Below, piece after piece: positions 49,898 to 64,000 of a stretch of DNA of 64,000 nucleotides. Positions within the stretch are counted from its first letter, which is position 1; each line of letters starts with the position of its first letter. The notes under the pieces were generated by a model. The model was not told the origin of the DNA and made no database searches. It was given only the letters and a program-made list of their open reading frames with translations. The stretch is from Octopus vulgaris (taxonomy: Eukaryota). The stretch lies in contig OX597820.1 in NCBI GenBank assembly GCA_951406725.2, forward strand, positions 95,542,001-95,606,000, given 5' to 3'. A program made the position numbers and the translations under genes.

Positions 49898-51859
49898 GTA
49901 CGCACATCATACATACATACATATATACATGCATACATACATACATACACACACAATTGAAGAATGAATGAGGGAGAGAGAGCATGAGAGAGAGAGAGAG
50001 TGAGGGGGATGAGTGTATTTCTTTTAAAATTGGTTCAATGGAAATCGAATTTGAATACTTTCATATATAGTACTCAATTAGAAAATCGAGTGTAGTTTCA
50101 TATTTTTTGTATTTAATGTTCATCCAAGGGTAAAAAATATAGACAAATTCATACAGACGCATAAAGAGGTATAAACCTATATATACCTATGTATTTACAA
50201 ACATACACACACACATATATTATGCACGCGCACACACAGGTACTATATGTACATATGATTCAAAATAATGTAGTTTTTAACTGTAGAAGTGTATTTCAAA
50301 GTTACCCTCCGTGAAATAACCCTGTGCTCATCACTTGATTGTTTGGCCACAAGAGTTATTGATAAGAAATGATTCGACTGATTACAGCATGTTATAATAA
50401 TTTATGCAGAAAATGATTCTATTTCGATAGTGAAAACAAAATGGAAAGAAATATCACTAGAGGCCCAATTCATTCAGGCTGAAACTGATGGTTTTCTTAT
50501 AGTCTTTTTTCCCCATTTTTCATGACACATCGTCGTTTGATACGGTTCTTTCCTCTAAAGTTATTGCTTTCAATCTTTTTACATTGAAAAGATTTCTTCT
50601 TTAAAAGAATGTGGATTTGGCTAGCAACCCACTCTTACTCAATCGTACTACAAAAGCAAAATATTGTATATACGCCATATAGCATATAAAGAATAAATTG
50701 AGTTGATATTAAGTATCTTCTCTATGAATGGCCTGGTTGTTTTTACACTGTCTTTTAAGTGTATAACAACTGAATGGCTTTGAAGGTGAGGCTCTCATTT
50801 TCCAAATTAACCAACTAAAATCGCAAATACTCTTGAAATTCTGTACATCCTAATCTTTGACACTCTTGCAAGGGAGTCAATAAAAATCTCCCTCTCGCTT
50901 GTACCATGTAAATGCAATTAACATCAACAAAATTTTGAATACTATTCTCAGTTACACACTTATAGAAACATTCCTCATCATTACCTTAAAAGTAACACAA
51001 AGCATTAGCTAGGGAAGTGTCCATCAAGCTCCCAAACTTATGGAGTAAGTGATTAATTCAAATTGTTCTACACAAACTGTTTTATGTAAATAATTTGAAA
51101 TGCAAGTTACCAATGAGCATACAATTTTATATTCACTATAAATGTTTATTTCTCTGTGATTAGAAAAAGCGAGATCGAACTGATTAATATCTAGTCTTCG
51201 GAGACATTTATTAAAAAAACAAAAACACTTCTAAAATACTTGGTTAGCATATGTAAGTATTATCAGTAAGTGGAAAGCTAATACTTATCCTCGGAGAGAT
51301 TAGTATCTTTTAGGTATTTGTGGTGTATACAGATGTGCCTTGCATTTCAAATTGTAGTGAGTAAACTCTATCGTGTATTGTTTGTTAATGAATCCATTTT
51401 ATGACTGCCTGCAGATTTAGGTAAACTGAACTGATTGGTTTAGATGGATTCTATTGTGTACAGACTATACATTGCTAAATGCTATCAAGCAAACAGCTGA
51501 TACAATTTGTGGGTTCTTTACTGAAGGTTTCAGAAAAAAACTTTTTCTCACACTAGGGAAATGGAACATGGTGTAACGACTTTGTTTAACAAGATAAAAC
51601 TTGTATGCTTATTTTGAAGAGTATACATTATATTTTCTATATTACCCTCCCAAAAATCCCACTGTCTAGTGTATTATAAATACGTTAACATATCAGGTTG
51701 TCAGCATGAAATGATTATGTAATTCATAGTAACATAAACAGACCAGTTTAGCTGAAATCTTGTTTGTATGCATTATGAATAGTAACAAGCTACACTATGC
51801 GTTTTTCACGGCGTGCTAATGAATCTACCAGCCCACCACCCTAAAAGAAATAATATATA

Positions 51860-52161
51860 CTAGGACTATCACCCGGCGTTGCTCGGGTTTGTAAGGGAAA
51901 TAACTATATAAGCATTTTTAGAGAGTTACTTCCCTTATATAATAGCAAAAAATGCATTAAAAATGGGAAAAAATTATGGTTAATGTTTTTTTAAATCGTA
52001 GACTCATCGTAGACGCGCGCTAATACCCAGAAGGGCTCGATATGAATCACGACTATAAGATACCCGCTTTTGGTTAAACTGCACAGCAAAATGTGGGAGT
52101 AGTTAGGAATCCAAATCGTAGGAGACAGACACTCACACAACTTCACTTTTATATATAAAGA
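51860..52161 (-). mobile_element. Intact 302-bp non-autonomous Helitron
   Basis: A|TC...CCCGAGCAACGCCGGG...CTAG|T. Homologous to the flanks of 8363-9759. Confidence 0.9.
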
Positions 52162-52629
52162 TTACAACCAGAAAACGTGCATCCCATGGATGGAATAAAT
52201 CTACATTAAATAACAACAAAAATGTGTGTTTACAGCTAAAACGTTGAGATGATTTATATAATTTGTGTCAAGAAGTTTCATGAGCCGTTATAAAACAACA
52301 TATGTAAACTTTACTGAATCTGAATTTAGTAATAAATAATGAATTAAGGAAAAAGAGAGACAAGGAAAAAAAAAAAGATTTTAGAAGCTTTATAAGTGAT
52401 GCAGCGTTCTCTGAACTGACTAAACAAATATAAAATATAGTAGATTATTATGTATCTATAGAGGCAGTGATATATTATAATCCTAGGAATACTACGATAA
52501 TACTTGATGATGAAGTATTAAATATTTACGCATATTAAAAATGCATACATAAGATGTGGCTTCTTATTTAGAAAATCACACACACCAGCACACAAATAAA
52601 ACGTACATCTTCGCACACACACGCATATT

Positions 52630-54102
<1,473 letters not shown>

Positions 54103-54884
54103 CCTTAAATCCTTAAAAATGTTTTAGCCCGAAGGCCGCGGCCATGCTGGGGCACCACCGCTGAATGAGCCACACTAGTTTGTGAATCCACCTCTGATAC
54201 GTGGCACTTGATCAACAAGGGAGTTCGATGCTGCCGCCCGCATCCGTGTCTCCTGTCGTGAGGTAGGTTCATCTGGGACTCCCAACAAGAAGAGATCCAG
54301 TTTAGTTTTAAAGAAACCCACATCCACACCATGTAAGTCTCTCAGGCATTTAGGGAGGATGTTAAAGAGCTGTGGTCCTCTGAAACCCAAGCTGTTGCAG
54401 TATCTGGACCTGTATTTTGATGGTGATGTTGGAATCCTTGGCACCACGCAGCGGCGCCCTGTTCTGCGGTTGGAGTAACTTTGAATGCCAAAGTTTGGGA
54501 CAAGACCCTCCAGGATTTTCCAGATGTATATCACTGCATATCTCTCCCGCCTCCGCTCCAGGGAGAAGATGTTTAATACCTTCAGTCTTTCCCAGTAGCT
54601 GACATTTTGCATTGAGACGATTTTCTTTGTGTAGCTTCTCTGAGTTGCTTCGAGTTCTGCTGTTTGTTTTATATTGTGTGGTGACCAAAGTTGGGAGCAG
54701 TAGTCCAAGCGGCTGAGGACAAATGTTTTCCATTGGACCATCAGTGTCTCCTTCTCTCTTGTTCTGAAAGTTCGGAGAATCCATCCAGCTAGCCGTCTGC
54801 ATTTTATCACCAGATTAGCAATATGCATTTGGAAAGATGCATCATTGCTCATGTCAATGCCCAGGTCACGCACTGATTTTGACT
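54103..54884 (-). mobile_element. 5'-truncated CR1-group LINE with an intact ORF2 C-terminus and 3' UTR
   Basis: ORF 54175-54873: RDLGI...GWILRTF...SRLDYCSQLWSP...ELEATQRSYTK...SYWERLK.L...SLERRRER...LFNILP...FKTKLD.FL..VPDEP. (TTTAAGGA) tail. Confidence 0.95.
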
Positions 54885-54941
54885 CATATATATATCTAAA
54901 TCTCTAACAATACCTATATGTATGTATATACATATACATAT

Positions 54942-55001
<60 letters not shown>

Positions 55002-55003
55002 AT

Positions 55004-55058
<55 letters not shown>

Positions 55059-57239
55059 TATACATATATATATATATATATACGAATACACATACGTGTT
55101 TGCAGAAAGGTCAAACACAGAGATTCACACAGTGAAAGACATTTGCACATATGCAAGAAATGTGCACAAAATAAAGAGATATAATAATGGACAAAAATAC
55201 ACCCACACACCACACACCTGTGAATACAAGAAAGAAAAATTATACCTAACAAAAATATGAATCTAGCAAGTAAATTAAATAACATTAGTAAAACATTAAA
55301 TGAATAGAAAGATTTCAAATGCCAGTGAGTAGAAAATTTTGAGATAAGTATTAAATATTAAAAGTACAGTGATGCATGTATGTATAGAAGCATGTATGTA
55401 AATATATAGACATCGGTGTTTGTATGTGGTCATGTGGGTGCGAATGTATGTGTGCGTGTGTTGGTGTGTGTTTATCTATCAGTCTGTACTTACCAATACG
55501 AAAAATCAAATAATATACAGTGATCTAATTAATTGAGACCCTCACATATACAAATATACGATAGATCACAATAGGCTCTGATGCAGTCGAATATAAATTG
55601 ATGTATATATATATATCTAAATCTCTAACAATACCTATATGTATGTATATATGTATGTATCTATTTTTCTATATGAATATAGAAATTTATGTAATTATAT
55701 ATATATATGCATGTATGTATATATATATATACATGTATATATATAAATTATATCTATATATATATGTATACACACACACACATATATATATACCATATCG
55801 TATGAACACATAAATATGGATTATATAAAAATGAAGTTCCTGTCAAATGCAATCTTAGAAAGATTAAAGCAACTAAAAATGTGGTCGTCTGCAAGCTACT
55901 AGAATTCATAAATACTTATTTATAAACTAACAGTGTGCTAGTCGCTCACGTGATTATTAGGTGAGATCATATGATCTTTTCTGAAATGAATCTAAGTATA
56001 CAGGATGTTTGAATTTGACCTCTCGCAGGTGATTAATATAACTGACACAATTAATATGCTACGCTAGAAAAAGTAAAACACAATATTGTTTTGAAACAGT
56101 ATTTTGATTAATAAATTACTATTAATAATAATAATAATAATGATAATAATAATAATAATAATAATAATAATCCGTTCTACTATAGTTACAAGGCCTGAAA
56201 TTGTGGGGGGGGGCTAGTCGGTAACATCGACCCTAATGTTTCGCTGGTACTTAATTTATTAGCCCCGAAAAGGTGAAAGGCAAAGTCGACCTCGGCGGAA
56301 CAATAATGATAATAATAATAGAGATAAAAGTTAGAGTGTAGATATTAAGAATGCTGATCATAGTACTTAAAATAATTGGTGTATTAATAATACGGAATTT
56401 TCTTTGACTCGGAATAAAATAGAGAAGTTAGCAAACATATAATTAAATACCTATTAACAACAAAGTATACTGATAAATATAGGCAATAATAATTTTTAAA
56501 GAGTGACCATAAATATAGGAGATTTTATGTCTGAAGCTATAGATAAAGATATTAAGGAAAAGTAAAATAAAATATATGAAAATGCAAAGTAAATAAAATT
56601 CTATAAGGTTGATCAAGTAAAATAGAATTAACTTAATGATGGAAAAAGTTATAACTAAACAGATGCATTCATAAAGACCAGTGTTAATATTTAAGATTAG
56701 GGCAAGTAGACTTAAAAGGAAAAAAGAAAAGAAAGAGCAGCGTAGATAAAAAGCAACTCATAAAAGCCAGTAAGAATGCTAATGAGGGGATATTTTATAA
56801 GAATTAATAAAAGGAGAATTAATACAAAAATTCTGTATATAAGATAATAGTACAAAATCAAATTAAAGAGATATGAATAATTGTAGATCAGAAAATATAT
56901 TTCTCAATAGATAGCTAAATGTGAGTTTAACAGCAAAATGAGTTTACTGTTGGTATATTTTAGAATGTCATGCTGTGAAGTAAGGTATTTTTGGTAAAGA
57001 CAAATATCCAGGATTCTCTAGCACAAAGGTTCATAATCATTTTTTTTTTCACATGTATGATCGAACCTTGGTAAGAATCTTTCAATTTGCTTTATAGGGT
57101 AAATAAATGTTCTTTAACTACCTCATTAATTAAAACTGATGTGGCATTCATTCTATCATATTTAATATAGATAAAAGAAAGGAATGTCTGGCCAAGAGGG
57201 AGGCATTATTTCACTGACTTTCATAATAGACCAAAATGC

Positions 57240-57825
57240 AGATAAATAAACCGACTAAAACTAAACTAGGTTTAGCAAGCACAAAAATTTCAAGAAAAAT
57301 TAAAATAAAACAAAGGAATCATCAAACCTGTTGCTGTGTAATCATAATTTCGCCGTGATTTCTCGAATTAAATCCATCCGCCATAAAAATAAAGCGAAAT
57401 TCACACAGTTTGATATTGTGAATGCCCGTCGATATCTGAATTACCTTTGCCTAATGCATTAGAATTTGCATGTTCGATTATAACCATGTATCAGCATGAA
57501 ATACAGCGCATTATGCACGCACGCAAGACGCTGCTACATAGTGATAAATTTATTTGGACCCAAAAAGATAAACAAAGCGAACTATTCGACGTCCCAATGG
57601 CTTCATATGATAGTGCAGATATATGTGATTTGGTTGGTTTACACATATTAAGCCACCCTAATTCGAAATTCCCAACCATAAGCATCGGTATATTCCGAGG
57701 CGATGCTTTGGCAGTATCACACAATTATGATGGCCACACTATGGATTCCTTTAGAAAGAAATTAATTTCTACCTTCAACTCTTGAGGACTTAAATATCTA
57801 TCGATACTAACCTTACTAGTACTAA
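57240..57825 (+). mobile_element. Penelope-like reverse transcriptase pseudogene fragment
   Basis: KNKAKFTQFDIV...NALEFA...IMHARKTLL...FDVPMASYDSADICDLVGL...IGIFRGDALAV matches the PLE RT pattern FDVTMGSYDGAEVCELVG...GLYRDDGL. The catalytic DD is decayed. Confidence 0.85.
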
Positions 57826-57859
57826 TTACTAATGCTATTACTATATTAATATTTTATAA

Positions 57860-58865
57860 CATAGGCGCAGGACTAGAAATTTGGGGGAAGAGGAACAGTT
57901 GATAGAACCGCAATACTTCACTGTAGTTTATTTTATAGACACCAGAATGATGAAACGTACAATTGACTCTGGCGAAATTTGAACTCAGGACATTAAGAGA
58001 TTGATGAAACAGCGTAAAGCATTTTGTCCTATACACTGATCATTCTGTCAACTATGATAATTCTTTTTATTCTGGGCAAAGGATTTGAAGTTGTCAAGAA
58101 GGGGATGTAGCCGATGATATTGGCCACTGTGCTCAATTTGTACTTATTTCATCGACTCTGAAAGGATGAAAGGCAAAGTCGAGCTCAGCGGAATTTGAAC
58201 TCAGAACGTAAAGAGCCGAACGCAGTATCGTTAAAACTTTTTAACCGGTGTGCTAACAATTCTGTCGAATCGCCGCCTTACTACAACTATTATAATAGTT
58301 TCAAATTTTGGTATAAGGCCAGCAAGTTCGGGGGAGTGGGGAAGTCAATAACATCTGCCCCAGTGCTCACCTGGTACCTATTTTATCCACCCCAAATGTC
58401 GACCTCGGCGAAATTTGAATTCAGAACGTAAAGCCAAACGAAATGTAAAATATTTCGCCCGGCGCGGCAAAGATTCTGCCTGCTCACCGCCTTATACTAC
58501 AACTGTAATAATCTTCTCTGCTATAGGCGTAAGACCTGAAACTTTGGGGGATGGGGCTAGTCGAGTACATCGACCTCAGTGCTTGCCTTATACTATCGAC
58601 CCCGAGAGGATGAAAGGGAAAATCGAAATGTCGCTAAGCATTTTACCCGGCATGCTGACCATTTTGCCAACCCGCCACCTTTCCACAGTTGTAACAATTA
58701 TTTCAAATTTTTGCCACAAGAGCAGCTTGGGGTAGGAGAGTACAACTGAAAGGATGAAAGACAAAGTTGACCACTGTAGAACTTGAACTCAGGACGTAAA
58801 GACGGTTGAAATGCCGCTAAGAATTTCACCCGGCTGCTAACCATTCTGCCAGCTCACCGCCTTTT
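57860..58865 (-). mobile_element. Head-to-tail cluster of about 5 old SINE family A copies
   Basis: Recurrent GAAAGGATGAAAG / GAATTTGAACTCAG / CTCACCGCCTT motifs at roughly 200-250-bp spacing. Confidence 0.75.
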
Positions 58866-59401
58866 TTCTATAACTGTAATAATAACAACAGTTGTAGAAA
58901 AACGAAAATGTAAAACATGTTAATATTGATTTCTTTTTTATGGTTGCGTTTCATAGTTGATTTAAATAGAAACTGTGTGTTATTTGCATTTCATGTTTTA
59001 GACACCTGCTCTACAAAAATTCAGACACCGCTGGTATTTGAGTGCAGAGCGTAGAGTGATAGCAAAATAGGACATGTACGTAATTTTACTCTCTGTGCAA
59101 CCGTATCTGCATACAACAAATCCTTAATGAGAAAGTAAACGTTATTATGATGATTATATTTCTTTCTACAACAGCCAAAAAGCCTGAAATTTTGTGAGGA
59201 GGGGCTAGTACATTGCATCGACCCCACAGTGCTCAACCGGTATTTATTTCATCGACTCCACAAGGATGAAAGGCAAAATCCGTATCGGCGGAATTTGAAC
59301 TCAGAATGCCAAGTTGGAAGAAACGTCAGTAAGCATTTTGTCCAGTGTACTAACAATTCTGCTAAGAATTACCAGCAATTAATACGGTACGGCTATTATA
59401 T

Positions 59402-59807
59402 TTTATTTCTTTACTTCCCACAAGGGGCTAAACACAGAGGAGACAAACAACGATAGACAGATGGATTGAGTCGATTATATCAACCCTTGTGCGTAGCTGG
59501 TACTTATTTAATCGACCTCGTAAGGATGAAAGGCAAAGTCGACTACGGCGGAATTTGAACTCAGAACGTAACGGCAGACGAAATACCTGTTTCTTTACTA
59601 CCCACAAGGGGCTAAACACAGAGGGGACAAACAAGGACAAACACACGGATTAAGTCGATTACATCGATCCCAGTGCGTAACTGGTATTTAATTTATCGAC
59701 CTGGAAAGGATGAAAGGCAAAGTCGACCTCGGCGGAATTTGAACTCAGACGAAATACGGCTCCGCATTTCGCCCGGTGTGCTAACATTTCTGCCAGCTCG
59801 CCGCCTT
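59402..59807 (-). mobile_element. SINE family A dimer with a 15-bp TSD
   Basis: TSD GTACGGCTAT(T/G)ATAT at 59387-59401 and 59808-59822. Internal junction AAAGAAACAGGTATTTCGTC. An older copy lies at about 59160-59365. Confidence 0.9.
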
Positions 59808-60021
59808 GTACGGCTATGATATCTTCGATGATAAATGAACTGACAAAGCAGCTTACTTTTTTTTCCAGTTTTGTTCTTTATATGTTCCCAGTTCAAATTC
59901 CAACGCCCACATCTTTTATTTTTTCCTATACGTAGCACGGGGGCAATTTAAATTATTATACTTGATCTTCGTGAAAAGAAACAAGTATCAATAATTAATA
60001 GAAAATGAAAAGAAATCTTAC

Positions 60022-60205
60022 CTGCTCCGAGGTCTGGATAAATTTGCAACAGTGATACGAATAAGTTAGAGTAAGGAATTGTATTTCTGGGAAAGCTTTT
60101 GATGGTGGAAAATTCTGCAAATACTTGTTCTTATAAATGAGTAACTTTTTCAGTTTGAGAAGTCCATCAGTTGGTAGGTGAGCGAATTGGTTGTCACCCA
60201 GGTTT
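60022..60205 (-). CDS. rk: Internal exon of a type-B leucine-rich repeat-containing GPCR (rickets/LGR2 bursicon-receptor-like; LGR4/5/6 group)
   Basis: 184-bp exon with acceptor TTTCTCTCAATCTTTCCAG| (phase 2, typical of LGR LRR exons) and donor CAG|GTAAG (phase 0). Encodes NLGDNQFAHLPTDGLLKLKKLLIYKNKYLQNFPPSKAFPEIQFLTLTYSYHCCKFIQTSEQ, colinear with the remembered rickets pattern NLGNN.F..LP..GL..L..L....N..L..FPP...FP.IQ.L.LSYAYHCC.F. The symbol is a tentative orthology call. Confidence 0.92.
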
Positions 60206-61260
60206 CTGGAAAGATTGAGAGAAAACATTATAAAAATACATATATATATATATACAGGTAGATAGATAGATATAAATATATACATACATAGACACACACT
60301 CAGACACACACACATATGTATGTATATACATGCGTATATATATATATATATATGCTTGTATATATATGCTTATATATATATATATATAAATAAATGTGTG
60401 TGTGTCGGTATGTTTGTATATATATGCATGTGTACACACATAAATATATGTAAATGCACATATACATAACAGCACACATTTACACATGTATACGCGGAGT
60501 GTATCCAATATCTAAATTAAAAAATAAGAACAATGTCACAAATATTAAGAAATATGAAAATGCAATTATAGTCATACCACAATAATTTTCGACAAATGTT
60601 TGAGAAAAAAAAGGAATCCTAATTAAATTTTGTAAGCTAGATTAGTCAACATTTGAGACATGAATAATTTGCAGGAAATTTATGGCAAGGAAGATTTCTG
60701 AGAACGGAAGAAATGCATTAGAGGTTGGTTACAGGAACCTGTGGTCGATTAAGATCGTAGTGAAAGTGCTTCAACTTCAACAAGTGAGAAGAACAATGAG
60801 TCGAGGCGAGTAGTTACAACTTGAAGGAGATTTAAAGTGCCAACTAAGCTGAGTTAAAAGTTTTGTTCAACAAATACTTCATAAACAGGGATATTATTTA
60901 CTTTTGACAAGTGTTCAATAATAAAAATTAGTTGAGTTGTGCAGCAGGTTGTTCACGATGTTATTCAATGCTTTTTTCACAAGAATGATCATAGGTGATG
61001 ATATTTGAGTATAATCTGTTAACCAAATTATAACCATGAGTGACGAATTAACGGATTAATGATTCTCATTGTTACAATAACGAAAGTCAAATCGAACCAA
61101 TGTAATGGCATGCGACTTTTTACGATTAATACAGGCGACACACTAACCCTATCCCTAACCCTTTAGGAAAGCAAGTAGCATTCTAAGGAACATAATTCAA
61201 TAGAAATGGTGAAATAAAGTATCAAGTGGAATTTATTTTAACACATTATAAAATGTATTA

Positions 61261-61450
61261 AGGCGGTGAGGTAGCAGAATCGTTAGCACGCAGGGCAAAA
61301 TGTCTGTCTTTATGTTCTGAGTTCAAATTTCGCCTAGGCTAACTTTGTATTTTCGAGGTTGATAAAATAAGTACCAGTTGATCACTGGGGTCAATGTAAT
61401 CGACTTACCTACTTCCTCGAAATTGCTGGCATTGTATCACACTTCGAAAT
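61261..61450 (+). mobile_element. SINE family A, degraded, followed by a 20-bp tandem duplication (61450-61489)
   Basis: AGGCGGTGAGGTAGCAGAATCGTTAGCACG...GAGTTCAAATTTCGCC. Confidence 0.8.
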
Positions 61451-61595
61451 CAAGAATTAGTCCATGCTGTCAAGAATTAGTCCATGCTGTCATATTTGTC
61501 AAAATCTTCCTGATCTAATTGAAGTATGGTGTAGCTCTATTAACACGGCTTCATTTCTTAGCGATAACCTAAGACCATAGCATGGGCGCACACAC

Positions 61596-61644
<49 letters not shown>

Positions 61645-61789
61645 TACACACCGACACCGACACACACACACATACACAGACACACATATATATATATATA
61701 TTCATTCTATTTTGATTATAATAAAATATCCCCCAAAAGACATGTCTACTAATTTTTTCAAATATACAAGAACTTTCTTTTTATTATTC

Positions 61790-61842
<53 letters not shown>

Positions 61843-62009
61843 TACATATATATATATGCATATATACATGCATCACACATGCCCACAAGCACACACACGC
61901 ATATACACACACACACCCATTTATAGCTTGTATTTAACTCTATTTTTCCTAGTCATTTTCACTGATGTAATATCCTTGCCTTTCGCTCGCACATATATAC
62001 ATGTATATA

Positions 62010-63128
62010 CGAAGGTGGACCGAAACGTTCACAGGCTGACTACGAAGGAAACATGGTAGAGTTGTGAAATCTTGCATGTATTAATTTCAGTTGTTGTACT
62101 AATAACTGCATTGCTTCATTTCACTAAATTGACATATCACAGCTCAACTAAACTGACATCTCACAGTTCATCTCACAGACTTCAAAAGTAACAAGTAGCG
62201 ACTTCTCTTGAAAATTTATAAAATCCAACGTGATTTTATCAAGTGCCTGCAAAAAATGGGTTTAGTCACTGAGGATATTCATGCTGACATGGCGGCAGCA
62301 TTAGAGGATGATCCTCCAGTTTTATCGACATTGCAAATGTGGGTAGCTGAACTTAGGAGAACGGAGAATCTTGAAAAGGACCTAAGGTCTGGACGTCCTG
62401 CAACAGCCACTATCGAGGAAAACATTGATTGTGCTCACCACATGGTGATGTATGACAGGCGATTAACTATATATCAAATAGCCTGCACAATGGATTGCAC
62501 AATATTCTGCACAATAGATTGGCATGCGAAAGGTTTCTGTTCAGTAAGTGCCACGTCTGCTGACACTTAATCAAAAGTGCACGAGGCTAATTACATCAGG
62601 GGAAAATCTAACATTGTTTGAATCAGTTCCAGCTGGTTTCCTCAGACGTTTCATAACCGAGGATGAGCGGTGAAATAACCACTTTGAGCTGGAGACACAC
62701 AGACAATCCATGCAGTGGAGATACACCTCCTCACCTGCTCCAAACGTGGTTGAGTCGTTTCATTTTCAGGGAGTGGGATGGTCCCTGTCTTTTGAAGTAA
62801 AAGGGCATTGTGTTTTTTGACTATCTTCAAAAGGGTAACACCATCAATGGAGAATAATATGCTAACTTGCTGAAGCAGTTACGAAAAGCTATCAAAACCA
62901 GACGCTCAGGAAAACTGGCGAAAGGGCTCTTGTGTTATCAAGACAATACTCCAGCACAAAAGTCGTTGGTTTCAATTGCTGCTGTGCGTGACTGTGGCTT
63001 TGAACTAGTTGATCACCCACCCTATTCTCTTGGTTTGGCTCCATCTGACTGTCATCTACTCCCTGACATGAAAAAACTCTTGGTTGAGAACCAGTGTCTC
63101 AATGATGATGACGTCATATCTGCTATAA
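62010..63128 (+). mobile_element. Mariner element, transposase pseudogene
   Basis: TA|CGAAGGTGGACCGAAACGTTC TIR. Frames read DIHADM...RSGRPATA...DRRLT...FITEDE...DYLQKGNTINGE*YANLL...YQDNTPAQKS...HPPYSLGLAPSDCHL, with frameshifts and stops. Confidence 0.92.
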
Positions 63129-63239
63129 ATGTCTCACATATTTGGCTCTTGTAGTGTCTGAGGACGCTCGGAGTCATTAAGAAGATAAACAACTTTTTGG
63201 AGAAAGCAGTGAGGGTGTGTGATATAGAACTGACGTGTG

Positions 63240-64000
63240 CCAATCGATCGTAAGGCAACATGAAAATATGCAGACATTTTCCAAGGAGACTCTCTCTCTC
63301 CATTACTTTTCATCATTGCACTAATCTATCTAATAAATATACTGAGAAAATCCAAGCCTGCCTATGAGCTTATTAAATCGAAAGTGAAAATAAGTTACAT
63401 GAATCATCTAATTTATATGGATGACCTGGAGGTGTAAACAAAAATGAGACAGGCCCAGACTCTTTGATTCAAACAGTGAGAGTATTCAATAAAGGTATTG
63501 GTATGCAGTTTGTGGTAAGTAAATGCGAAGTACTATGAGGAGAGGCCAGAAAGCAATCTCTGATGGCATAAAATTACCATACGACAACATCATTAGATCG
63601 CTGCGGAATAATGAGGGGTACAAATACTTAGGAGTATTGCAAGACGAAAAGATAATAGGAGAAATGAGAGAGAAAGTCACCAAAGAGAAAGTCACAAGAA
63701 GAGGATTAGGAAGGTACTCGAAACAAATTAAATGGAGGGAACGTCATTAAGACCATAAATACATGGGCTATGTCAGTGTTGAGATACTCTGTACACTTTC
63801 TGAAATGGACGAAGGTCGAGCTATAGAAGCTGGATAAAACTAAAAAGCTGCAAGCAATGCACAACGCAATCCACCCTAAAAAAGTACTGATCGACTCTAC
63901 CTACCAACAACGGAGGGTGTCAGAGGATTAATAAACGCTGATCTGAAAAATGGATCTGAAAAATTATGTTATATAGAGTAAAGAAAGAATACTATCAGCA
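63240..64000 (+). mobile_element. Degraded R4/Dong-like LINE RT fragment, runs off the window
   Basis: IFQGDSLSPLLFIIAL...NHLIYMDDL...GMQF...YKYLGVLQ...INTWAMSVLRYS...DRLYLP...GVRGL. Confidence 0.85.

Noticed and set aside
57860-59807. Regularly spaced repeats resembling a CRISPR array
   Set aside because: They are tandem SINE copies about 200 bp long in eukaryotic DNA, with no cas genes and no repeat-spacer structure.
61142-61167. Short degenerate CCCTAA tract
   Set aside because: Only 2-3 imperfect units; not a meaningful interstitial telomere.

Overview
AT-rich, microsatellite-dense, non-coding eukaryotic DNA. The repeat families point to an octopus or other coleoid cephalopod (inferred). 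There is no prokaryotic content and no CRISPR array. One host exon is convincing: 60022-60205 (-), encoding the last LRRs and the YHCC cap of a type-B leucine-rich-repeat GPCR (rickets/bursicon-receptor, LGR4/5/6-like). I found no downstream exon, so most of the window may be a single large intron. The rest is mobile-element debris: several tRNA-derived SINE families (some as TSD-flanked concatemers); RTE, CR1 and R4/Dong LINE fragments; Tc1/mariner elements and MITEs; non-autonomous Helitrons; and many Penelope-like (PLE) remnants. The strongest signal missing from the ORF track is a set of about ten hammerhead-ribozyme motifs. They include a fully canonical type I hammerhead (44617-44740, -) inside a structured ~375-nt non-coding unit, a minimal hammerhead with a U3-A8 core covariation (39659-39698, -), and a U4C variant (16326-16378, +). 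All calls were made by eye. Family names come from remembered motifs, not database searches, and the boundaries of degraded repeats are approximate.
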